Below, in pieces: positions 51,836 through 64,000 of a DNA stretch of 64,000 nt. The stretch's first letter is position 1; each line of letters starts with the position of its first letter. The DNA is from Isurus oxyrinchus. Taxonomy: Eukaryota. Below the pieces are notes generated by a model. The model saw only the letters and a list, made by a program, of their open reading frames with translations. It did not search any database and was not told where the DNA came from. The DNA lies in contig JANJGN010000015.1 in NCBI GenBank assembly GCA_026770705.1, positions 116,808,001-116,872,000 on the forward strand, written 5' to 3'. Both the position numbers and the translations under genes were made by a program.

Positions 51836-54304
51836 AACAACAATCAGTAGATGAAAAGTCGATGGCCAGGACTGGATTGTTGAATAAAAGCAGTGCAAAT
51901 GGCCACCATGCTGTGATTGATAATCAGTTGATCATGGGCTCTAGATGGTCAATAATAATATTTGAACTTAGATGAATGCCAACAGTACCATTGTTCATCA
52001 GGATGAACACATCAGAAGTGAGTTCGCAACAATACTGCACAAGTAATGTGAATTCAATTAAAAGTAGTTCTCAATTGCTTTTATCCTTTCCCATGCCTTT
52101 AGTAACATTGAATATTTCTGAAGGTCACCGAACCTGTTCACGACGAACTTGGGGTTACTGACGTTTCTTGGAGAATGCAGAACGTTACAGGTAAACCAGA
52201 TTGCTATAGCTAACAGCTAATATCCTTGAGTTGGTAGGCTATGCACGTTTCCTCATTAACTGGTAGCTGTCAAGCCGACATTTGTTTCCCAAAAATGTAC
52301 GACACATCCAATATTTAATAGCCTTAAAGAAGGATCTTTATACTTTGACGATTTCCTTCAATTCCGGAGTCTTTCGTTCTTTGAAGCATATTTTCAGGTG
52401 TTAATTCATTATATCTATTTGTAGCTGTTTAGAATGTATACTTGAGCACAATACCACCCTTTATTTTTGCTCTTTATAATTGAGCTACTACATCATTTTA
52501 TATTAAACATGTACATTTCACGTATGAAAAATGGTTGGTACCCATTCATAGACCTCTCGTACGAAAAATCTGCCCAGATAGTTACATTAATGATATCTGC
52601 ACACAACTCACAGAATAAAAGCTTGTCTAATTTTAAGACCAACTGTTTTTTTCCCCTGCATAATGAGGACGGTAAAGGGACCAGTCACTCAAGAGCTTGA
52701 TCATAGTGGATCCTTCTCATATCCGGAGCTCCGACTAATCATGCAGGGAGGGACTGTGGAGGAGTTTAGAGTGTAATTATTAGCCATTAATTGGGTTCAG
52801 GACCTTTGTGGTTGTGGTAAATGAGAAGTCTGACCGCTAATCCCAATCAGGATATACAGCTGGGGGCTAGAAAGAGCCAGGACTGGTTGGACTCAGCCTG
52901 CAACACTCCAGGGGGTCAAGCACATAGATAACAGCCACATCCATGCCGTAAACTAGAATAGAAGCAAAGAGGGCATGAGAAAACACAACAGCTATTCGGC
53001 ATACTTGGATCTGTTATTTCAAGGAGACAAACTTTATTTGAAGGAAAATGTGATCATTAGATATATCTTTATGGGTGAGATGGGATAACGGAGGCCAGAG
53101 CTGCACTAATTGCTCAACTATATACATTAATAATAAACCCCGTTATACTTTTTGCAAACCAATTAATTATAACATAAACAGTAAAATGATTGTGTGTGAA
53201 AGGAAAGAGCAGATGCATCAATACAAACTGTTACATGGATGTACTAGTGACTAATACACACCTAAATATATTTCCCCATTACTGGTGGATTATTACATGC
53301 TGTAATTTTGAACAAACATATGTGACACTCTGAGGGTTAATGTAGTTGTTTAGATGGCACTGGTTGCTAACTTTCAGGTTATTCCTTACTTTAATTGCCC
53401 TCAAATGCTACTCATTATGAAACTCAATTCAAATGGGTTAGCATATTAGGATTTAAAAGCCCATTGGTTACAATAGATCATATACTCGTATCAGTTACAA
53501 AATGTACATTTTGTTTTACAATTTATTTCTTGAAAATTCTTTTAAATGCAAGCTTGAAAAAGGAAGGCGGAGTATAGCGTCGTCCCAGAGCTGCTAGTTC
53601 ATTGCAATTAACTAGGTCCACTTTGGAATGCAGCAGCTCTAGACTTTACGAAACTAAGACTCAGTTTGTCAGTTTTAATATTGGTGGTTTCATCTGCACT
53701 GGACTCGAAGTGTTTGTTTCTGGAAAATTAACGCCACACTGTGCGCTGGGCGAGGTTGGACATAGAATGACTCCTAAGGTACCAAAGATTTATTTAACTT
53801 TTCAGAAAGTACTTTCGAAAGAAAATAAATGACAGGCCAACAACAAATAGTTCTTCTCAAATATATACTTATTTTGGGGTGTTTTTTTTTGCTGTTACGA
53901 ATTAGATATTCCGGCTCTCCATGGAATAGCGGTGAAGTCACTGGTGAAAATTCACCACAAAAGTATATGTTAATATTTTGTTTCAAATTCAATATAATTC
54001 CGGTGGTGTACTGTTACTGAGAACAACTGGACTGGAGTCCCATTGAACACAATAAATACGCCACTTGAATGTTTTGGAAATAATTGCCCAATGAAACATC
54101 TAAATAATCGGTTGTTTCGTAGAGTAACATTACAACGTTGTTAGCGATAAGCAAGTTATGCTATTATGGAGCTGGAGAATGATCTCTAATACACAACTCT
54201 TTATTGTTTTAAAGTTGTTGCAGAGCTGTTAGATTTGGCTTTTTTTTAGCTATCAGGAAATGTGTCTGTAAACAAGTAATCAACATACTAAATACAATAA
54301 AACA

Positions 54305-54655
54305 TTTTGCATTTACATAGCGCCTTTAACGCAATAAAACGTCCTAAGACGCTTTACAGGAATATCATCAAACAAAATTTGGCACTGAACAAAATGAGGA
54401 AATTTTAGGACGAATGACCAAAAGCTTTGGTTAAAGAGGTGGATGTTAATGAACGGCTTACAGATAGAAAGAGAATAGCGAAGTGATTTAGAAAGGGAAT
54501 CCCAGCACTTAGGACCTTGGCAGCTGAAAGCTAATCCGCCAATCGTGGAGCGATTAAATCGGGGATGCTCTGGAGGTCAGAATTAGAGGTGCGCAGATAT
54601 CTCGGAGGGTTTTAGGGCTGGAGAAAACTACAAGATAGGGAGTGGCGAGGCCGTT
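54305..54655 (-). mobile_element. L2 LINE 3' fragment
   Basis: GCATTTACATAGCGCCTTTAACG...CAAAAGC...GGCAGCTGA is collinear with 16381-16640. Confidence 0.85.
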
Positions 54656-57600
54656 ATAGGGTTGCCTCACAACACAACACGGTCCAGGAATATATTGTAA
54701 TCATATTTAAAGAGAACGATGGATTGCTGCCAGTAACTAAAGGCACTCATTTCTCAAGTATGATATAGTATCCCCCTTCCAGTATACTTTTACTTTGCAT
54801 CGCTCACCCTATGAGAGAGTTGTAGACTTGTTCATTCTTGAGGTACCTCGCCTGCAACTCTCAACCAATGGACAAGGATGTCGCTCACACCAGTAACCAA
54901 ACTGATCACGTTTAAGAACGCGACCACATAAACGCAGAACCTTTCCTCTCCTAGGATACAAGTCTACTGTGTAGCGCCTGACTCTAGCCCAAGCAGTGGA
55001 GTGTCGCGTGTTTGGCGCCGCCTTTGATAGAACTGCCTCAGGCATCTCAATGAATTGTGCCAATGCATTTATTTCAGTTTATCAACTTGATCTCCGTGGT
55101 CCACGCCGCCACCTTGCCCTGGACCACACCATGACTTCTACTTTGGACAGTTCTAGTATTTAACTGATTCTGTTGTTTCCACCATATAGAAATACTATAG
55201 ATAAAATGTATAAAATTTATAGATGGAGAAAGGGAAAGACAAATGTAGATAAACAGAGACATACATAGGAAGAAAGACAAAGGGAAGCGCACATGCACAT
55301 ATATCTGAATCGACATACAATAAAATTACAAACGGATTAACAGAGAGAAATGGACAGAGTCATGTAGGCATGGAGACACACAGGACAACACAGAGAGGCA
55401 CGAATGGGTGCTGTAGCGAGATTAAATTTTTAGGTGTGTTTGACAGAGAGCGTTCCCATACAGTCCACAACCTCGGGTAGATTGTAAGTTCTCGACCAGA
55501 AATCCTGAACACGTTCGAGCGAGAGATCCTGAGACGCTTTCAGAATTCTCGTAAATGATAATTGCACTCAACTCCTGTCATTTCATTCCGAAAGACTGTC
55601 CCTTAACTTATCTCTGCTTTGGTTTTAATAAAGGCACTTTCCTCACCTGGAATTGAAATATTTTGAATTTAAGCAGGGAACTATAATAGGAAGTTTTAAG
55701 ATCACGATTGCCGAGGCTTTGTTGCTCTTTCCCGAACTTTGTTAAATTCTAATGTTATTTCTTTCGCTTACCCCTACTTCCATTCCTTGCAGTTAGATTG
55801 ACTATCTGCACTGCAGCCGCCCCACTCTCCACCTGTATCTGTCGTCAAATCATTTGCTGTGAAAAATATATTTAAATAACTGTAATCTGGCGTTGATCTA
55901 TTGGGAAATAAAACTTTTTAAAACTTTTGTTTTATATTTAGAGGGGTCTGTCTACAGTCACTTTTCATGACCTTTATATAGATTGAGGGGAAGTCTTTGG
56001 AGACAGATGTTGGGTTAGGTATTTTTTCATACATGGACGAGGCCGCCCGTTGGAACAGCCTCAAATCTTGAACTTGGCGGATCCTGAGTGCCCCCTTTGG
56101 TAGGTGTTTACAAGCAGTTTACATTAACCAGGCTGCATCTCCTCCAATGTTTCTGTTACTTCTGTTTTTGTTTGGGGACTGTGGCCAAGATGCAACTGTT
56201 ACAATGATTGCCTATTGTATATGTGAGTGTAGATGTGTGTCCCAGATCCATATACATATGTGTTGGGAGTGATATTTTTGTATTTTTATCTTTTAAATGA
56301 TCATATAAACAGATCTATTTTTGAAAGCTTATATTAAACCAACATTTTCTTAAAGACACAAAGCCTTTGATGATCAAGGATAACATGCACTTAAAGATAC
56401 TTCACATCTCCTTCCAATCCAATACAGTGGCACATTATTTATTGCACCTTAACTATTAGAGATCACAAATATCGAAACATAGAAATAAAACAATTTTATA
56501 AATATAAATCGTTACGAGATCTAGCCATGTACTACTATATGTAATTATTTGACTACATTAATATGGCACATTACCATTAGATTGCACTTTGCTACGTGTA
56601 TTAATATGCATCAGTTGAACAGGCCTTACTGTTATATTGGTCTTTCCGGTGGAGCCCTGACTATTGTATTGGCCTTTCCGGTTGTGTTTGAAAGGCGCAT
56701 TTCTCCAGCTTTCGGAGGCGGTTTATATTTGAAATGATATTAATATTTCAATGTGGATAAGAAACAATGAACCATACAGGTGTGTGGCAAGACCGTTTGT
56801 CATTTATATGAAAAGCGGTCTTTAAACCGTTACTAATACTTCAGATTCAGAGAGGGAGAATGTGGGTTACTGTTGCCACTTTAAGACCCATGTCTTGACT
56901 GTATAGGCAGCTCACCATTGCAATCCCTGTTTCACTTCATTGCACTGAAGTCATTAATCCATACGACTAAAACAACGAAGCTGCACGTCTCCAAAGCGTG
57001 CAATAAAAATGCGCGAATGCAGAGCCCCGGGGCAAAAAGAAAATTACCAGAAGTAGAAGTGACCTTAGGATGATGTAATCAATCAAATGATCCGTAGGGA
57101 CACGTATCACAGTCTTAATCTTTCAAGGGAGGCTAGATGAGAGGGTCATGTGATTTAAAAAAAACACCTCTTTTTACCCCTTTAAAATATTGTTACCTCG
57201 GGCACGAGAGGTAGAGAATAGCTCGGGAGCAGTGCATAAATCTTTTATGAAAGAATAATATCAGAGCGAATAAAGCACAGGGACACAGAGAGCTGGGTCA
57301 TACTTCTGCTCGTTTTTTTCGCTGTAAACGGAATGACAAATATTGAATTTACTCTAATATGCCCATGGTCAGGAAATGTGTTATTTAAAACAGGTACGCT
57401 GCTTTTGAGGCGGGTTAGAAGGCAGCCAAGCTATTTACTCCAGAATTGAAATGCAATGTGGCGTCCAGTTCAACTGGAGGATGTTACTTTGAACGAGATA
57501 TGTTGTCGTGGCGTTTACAAGCCAAGACTATTTTATTGCACATCCACGTTTTACAAAAAAGCTTTCTATGTGCTCTGTCACCAAATCGGTTTCTTGAATC

Positions 57601-60600
57601 AAGTTCGCAGATTCACGTTGTATAATTTTCCTAAATTATTCTAATTATTTACAAAATGGAAATGAATATTACAATATCTCAATATTCCTTCACGACCCTC
57701 TTTAAACTGCTGAGATTATTCATCTGTAATGTTTCGATTAAAGGAGTAAGCGTCTTCTGATGGAGTGCCTTGTAATCGCGACATGCTTATAACAATTCTT
57801 AGCCCTTTCTTATAAGAAAACCCACAGTATGTGTAGCAAGTTAATGTCAGGAGTTGGTCGGGTCAATGCTTTATGGGACCTGAAAAAAATCAAAGTTTTT
57901 TTTTCAACTGGGAGTTGTTTTGGAGTTTGTACCCCGCTTCCCTATCGGTTTATGTTAGTTAGGGGCTTTGTCTTATTGGGACTAAATAAGTCTGTATTTG
58001 GTTTTATTTAAATTAGGTTCTGGGTCTTTCGATTCATATTTCATGTTGCTGATGCTGCCTATTTTTCCTTAACAAAATAGCGGACTTTAGGTTGGTTTAA
58101 CAGGGAACCATTGCAGCAAATAGATTGGCTTCCAACATTTTATAAATTAAAATACTCGCGTAGCATATTAAAATAGTAGTCATATTTAAAAGATTAGATC
58201 GTATTATTACTGAAGAGAGTTTATTGCAGGCACAAGTCAGCGATTCTTTCACATCTAATTCATTTCCCACCTGGGGCAATTTGCAACTTATAACGAAAAT
58301 GTCTGGATTCCTCCACCTAACCCTACCCCCAGCCCCCTTTAGTCGTGACTCTGGGTAAAGCAGCATTATGTTAAAGTGAGAATATTTATATACTGACTGG
58401 TATCTCTCATTTGCCTCTTGTAATGATATCATTGTTAATCTATTTGCGTGATACGATGAATGGGATTCGCAACTCACTCTTCCCAATCATAACATCACTG
58501 AAATGCAACTCAGACGTGTCATATGGGGAGTGGGGCAGTTTTAGACAAAATGTAAGCAGGGGTTTTAAAGAGTAAAAAGGGACGATCGGGGAGCAGAGCT
58601 CATTTACGTTTGGGTACATTAAGCAGGATACCCTCTCCATTTGCACATGGCTAAAATGTACATTGCAGTGATGATTGCAGGAAGGCTGAACCTGCCTAGC
58701 TCTCTATCTTGACCATTCTAAAACCTTTTACATAAGGGTTGTATTTTCCTTAACATAAATATCCAAAAGGTTATCATTAAATTTTACAAACTGTTTCTTT
58801 TCCGTGTTGATTTTATATTCATTATTTTTAGTGAAGTAGTGGATCCTGAAAATATTGGAGTAACTGTCTTGAAGAAGTTACCGATCTTCAGTGTGTAGGT
58901 GCTGGATTAACACCTGCTTGAAAGCATAATTATTAAAGGTTTTTGGATTAAGAGTTGAATCTCTTGTGGCAACTCTCTCGTCAGAAACTCCTACAAAATT
59001 GGTTTCTCAATTATTATGGCAGCCTTACTGAATATTATCTGCTGGAAAGCCTATGGAAATTGACAGAAAATATACATGTTGTAACTGTCTTTGTAAAATG
59101 GCATACTAATGACCAGATTTTCAATTTAAAATAAAATATGGTATTGGGGAGGCTTCAATGAGGATGACAGTGATCATTTCTTGATGTCTAAGAAGGTAAG
59201 GGCATCATTTGAGAACAACCGGGAGACAGCTTATCTAACTTAGTGGAACACGCCAGTACAAACAAACTGATCGATCCACCATTGTTTGTGCTAAGGACAT
59301 GACCTAATAGCTCTGCAAATTGGGTTCTCGTGGGTGTGGATTCGGGGCGCAGCTTTCCCAAAACTATCCGAACTCGGGATGAACCATAGCTTCCTTGGCT
59401 AGGTTGAGATCCTTCCATTTTTAAGAAACAAAGTTCAGGCCAATTTCTTTCTGCGTAAGTTAACAAGGGGTGCACTTGTCATTGAAGCAATATTACTCAA
59501 CAGAAATTAAATAGCTGGCTCTAAAGCTGTGTGAATATTTTAAACAACACATTTCGAACCCATAGGTACATTAGGCTAAATGATACATGTCCTTTTCCAT
59601 TTACAACAGTCTCCTGATATAAATATAATCCTATTTCACTGACAAGTATACCCCGGTTGTTGATTAAAAACGTCTTGTCTCAAGAAAAAAAACTAGGGGG
59701 ATTAATAGCTTGTTCTTGCCTAGAGGGCTCACATTAACCCTTTGAGATCTGCACCTGAGTTGTGTAGAATGCCGTCCCCGGGGTAAGGCAAAATTTCCCT
59801 ATCCCCTCGAAAGAGGAAATCATTAAAAGGAGCCATTGTATAACCCCAATAAATCATTACGTCTCCCTTCAATAAATTCACGAACTCCCAGACGAGCCGC
59901 GTTAATCGGAGGCATTTCCAAGATTATTGCATCCGTGTATATTGTCCAATTAACACAATAACGACTAATATAAGCAGCATTAACATTTTTCACTTCAGAG
60001 TGCGTAATGCTTTCACTACAACCTCATTAGGGGCGATAAAACAACCACACACACCTAAATCTTGCGCTTTTATCGCGTCTTAGACAAATAATAAAGGCTG
60101 CTTACCTCAGGATCTGGGTGTAACTTTTCTCTTCCTGTGATTTAGTTCGTATCATCCCATCTCCTCCCATTTACCTGCTTATGTTTGATAAACACCAATT
60201 CTTTGTGTTTTACATTGATTGACCATAGCCAATGTACATGACTGAAGCAGAATCTTTGAAATAAACCCAAGTAAATGCCTGAAAATGTTTCCAGAAATAT
60301 CATATTTGTATTTATAAAATAATCATAATTGTTGAGGGTATGATTTATTTGTTAACTCCCCCCCACCCACCGAACTTTGTATATTTCAAGGATGTCTAAA
60401 ATTGACTAACACTATAACTGAATTGATGCGTTGTATACGGATGCTATTGTATATTTCAGTCTATTGCATCTATGGGTGAATGCCTTTATGCTGATAATTC
60501 ATATAATATGACCCCTAGTGCTCGAACTTTTAGAAATGATGTACCCTCTCAAGGGCTTTTTAACTTGTATAATATCAGTTAGGAAATACCTTAACTGTAT

Positions 60601-61159
60601 GATGAAACTACAGTATTTAAAAGGGAATGGGTGGAAGATTTGTATAGAGTGGCCAATAGTTGTGCTGTAAGTTTTATTGAATTATTTAAAAAGTTTCTCA
60701 TTTTCGAATGGGACTAGATGCATCCTGGTTAGTGCCTCGTGTTTGCGTATCGCCCCCCCCCCCCCCCCCCCCCCCCCAGCCCCCTCCCAACCCAACCCAT
60801 TAACGGCCGGTGATGTTTAACTTTCTTTCCCAGCCCTTAAATACCAGATCTATTTATGCTACTTTCAAAGTCTTAGTCAGGTGTTAATATAGGTTCCAAG
60901 GTATAATTGAATTGCTTTAATGTTATATTTATATCCGAGGCAAGTAATGCACGCATTTCCAGAACGCATACTTAGTGACACTTAGTGTGTCTCGTTATTT
61001 GCACATTTTAGATAATTAACGCATTTTATTGCACTATAAGTCTAATTTTTGTAGTGGGAGAATATACTGATGTACTTTTGGCGGGTGGGGTGTTAACAGA
61101 ACTAGAATCTTATCTTTCCGCCGCCCGCTCCTTATAGAGACAAATTTACACTACCCATC

Positions 61160-61390
61160 GACACATTCACTCAGACGCACACACAGACTAGCATACTAGA
61201 TACATGCTCGCACACAGAAACACACACGCATACTTACGCACATCAACACATACATACTGAAATATTTACACATGCATCATTTATAATTACACGCTTCACA
61301 AATGCACTTAAACACACATGCATACACAAAAATACATTCCCACACATATGAATGTACACATATTTCACAGGATTATACACGCGCCCAGAC
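61160..61390. repeat. Degenerate (CA)n-rich simple repeat
   Basis: Cryptic CACA/CATA periodicity. Confidence 0.6.
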
Positions 61391-64000
61391 TCAACTTTCA
61401 CATTTTAGAGCTTTTTGCACCTTTTCTTTGATTTAACGAGGATAACAGAAAACAATTGGCTATTTGTTGGTTTCATGTTTTCTTTCCTTCCTTAAAAATC
61501 AAAGTATTGTCTTGATTTAACAGTGGCGAACAGGGGTGCCTTAATTAAGATTAAATGGCCATAAAGTCACTCACGACGTCAAGACAATTAAAATAAACTG
61601 TAGAAAATCGTTCCCTGGTTCTCCTGGAACTAAGTTCTAAATGGAATCTTTTTTAAATTTCACACAATTAAGATCTACAATTTGTTTAACAAAATAACGA
61701 TCATTAACTGGAGTAATTTAATCTTATTTTGGGAAATAAATCAATAGGGTGAGATGAATTTCTGTAAACTATATGAACGATTCTGCCCATCCTCGTAAAA
61801 ATAATCCCTCTCAAATGTATTCTCTATTTACGTTTCAAACTGCCAGTGATTGACAAATAATCACCGTATTGTCATACCTAGTGTCCATCACAACTATATT
61901 TACGTGTCATGAAAAGTGTTAATTAGAAAGGTTTATAAACTTTGATAATTTCTAATTGCTTGTTTTTGTGTGAAATCTACACTTCCTCTTGACAGATGCA
62001 ATAAGGACACATTTAATCATATTAGTTATTGTATTCTTGTTTGTATTTGATGACAAATGGGGTGGGGGGTGGTTTAAAGATGTTAATTTAAGGTTTTCGA
62101 ACTTATTTTGTTCGGTGCATGGGGGAAGGGTGAAACGGATTGCTGGTCACATCTGTCTCTCCTCCTGGGCCAGATGCCAGATGAGGTACCTGTTTTATCG
62201 TGGTTACATATTATTTTGGCAGCTTGGTAAAACTGGCTTTTTAATTAGCAATTTCAAACCAGAAGCAGCATGGCTACAAGAAAAAGTACAAAGCGCAGTA
62301 GGAAAGCAAGGAACAATGTAAAGTAAATCCACTTACTTTTAGAAAAAAATCATTTTATAAATACACAGTACTATCTATTAAACCAAGGTGGTTTAATAAA
62401 AGAGCTATTAAACAAAGGATAATTCCGCCCTACTCGACTCATTCATCCCCGCGATTATGTTTGAGGATGGATAGAAGTGTTTTGTGTTTGGAGTCACCAT
62501 GCACTGAAGCAAAGTGCGAAATGTTTAAATGTTACCAGTTGCATTTGTTAGTGTAAAAATCATATCACACAACACTGGAGCTACCCCAGAACGCGGATTA
62601 TCTAAATATTTTGTCTCGTGGAACCAAGTACTACTTGAGAAAATCTAATACAATCGGTAAGTTTAGTACCAGGTTGAAGGTTTATAAATTGCTACAGCTG
62701 TTTCCCTATTCTTCAAATTGAAATAACTGGGGCAAAATTACTTAAATAAAACGCATTTTAATGAATAAAGGCGCGGTTAACCGCGCTTGCCAAACGATTG
62801 AGCGAATCCCTCGCCTACAATGATATTTGTAAACCTGTTGAGGCACATGCATTAACACGGAGATCACTTTTGACAGGCAGGAGATATGTTGATAAAACAC
62901 TCTTCCTTGGAATGTCCATCTTGCAAAAGGTAAAATCAACTCGGGTTTAATATCTACATTGGGTAGCAATTTATGTGAACCATATGCAGTATGAGACTTG
63001 TTTGAGATATCGTTTGACCCAGCTTGTTTGGAGTACCATTTGACCAGGCCCTGATAATATAATGGGCATTAAATCAAACATATCCTCTAGTTGTAACTTC
63101 ATATCCAAATTGTGCGAGTGCAAGGATTGGAGACATTCACACTTTTATAGAAAACCAACAATAAGAAAGCTAATTGAAATAATTAATTTCAATTCGTAGC
63201 GACCTGCTTTCAATTTTATTGTGACTGGTTGATTCTTTGCAGAGTCATATTTTTAAAGAAATTGGTTTGTAGCTAAGCAATCAATAGGGGAACAGGACAA
63301 AATGAGATTGGGTGGGGGGTGGAGATAAAGGAGAAAGAGGGGAAAAGAGAAACGAGGTGTATTTTAAGGAACAAAAGTCACAATCCAACAATAATCGCCT
63401 GTCAAAAGACATAAACGAGAGAACAAGAATACCGATTTCAAAGACAATAAATCCAGCCAGCAAAAGGAAAACCAACTTCTGGACCGCAAATCCAAGGGCT
63501 AAGTTTAAATTCTTTCAATGTAGGAGGAAATGCATGAATGCAGATAGTTACAGAATAAATAATTTGAAATGCCCCCCCCCCCCCGCCCCGCTCAGTTGAT
63601 CTGATAGATTAATGTTTGAGGAGGGGCAGGCTGGAAGACCTACTATGAATTGTTTTACTGGTTAAATTGGTCACGTTTTCACTAGTAATATTTTACCAGG
63701 AGCTTCCTTCATACTATTCACAGATTTAGATCCTTTCATTTCCAGCCGTGTTGTTTTACCTCTGCAATCTATGCAAAAAATATAAACATGGATATTTCAA
63801 ATCTTTTAAAACTAAAATGGCCTGTTAAAATTGAGATCTACCGACCCTTCTCTCCAAAATTGCACTTTCATTATCACAACTTCCACATTTTTGCTCTATC
63901 AGAACAAATGTTTTGTCTTCAATAATAATTTACTCAGATTTACCGTAATGCTCAGCAGAAATTTAAAGATGTAGCAATACAAACATTTTGGTTCAGAAAG

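Noticed and set aside
60100-60110. Strong minus-strand donor GAG|GTAAGC as an upstream PRDM16 exon
   Set aside because: Isolated site with no supporting exon or promoter evidence; expected by chance.

Overview
Eukaryotic, not prokaryotic, DNA. The repeat families (Deu-type and tRNA-headed SINEs, L2 and CR1-group LINEs, Harbinger elements) point to a cartilaginous fish, probably a shark (inference). The only host gene I can support is the first coding exon of PRDM16 on the minus strand (44832-44868, MRSKARARKLAK plus 1 nt, GTAGGT donor). Everything from 1 to 44831 is therefore the start of its very large intron 1; exon 2 is not in the window. 45-64 kb is upstream regulatory DNA. The window has two compartments. 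About 1-35 kb is CpG-depleted and full of decayed transposons: a Harbinger with related MITEs, an L2 carrying a nested Gypsy, two CR1-group LINEs and many SINEs. About 35.5-64 kb retains CpG, is repeat-poor and holds many enhancer-like blocks. Nearly all ORFs in the track are transposon fragments or noise. The best leads are: (i) an 18-codon uORF in the PRDM16 leader; (ii) an ORF1-less LINE whose 5' end is the body of the local SINE, with two SINE copies that look like 5'+3' deletion derivatives joined at TCAA-type microhomology; (iii) a candidate cassette exon overlapping a TCF/Hox/Sox motif block in intron 1; (iv) an approximately 28-kb putative hypomethylated domain with an internal transposon control. 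I do not see a demonstrably new multi-gene system.
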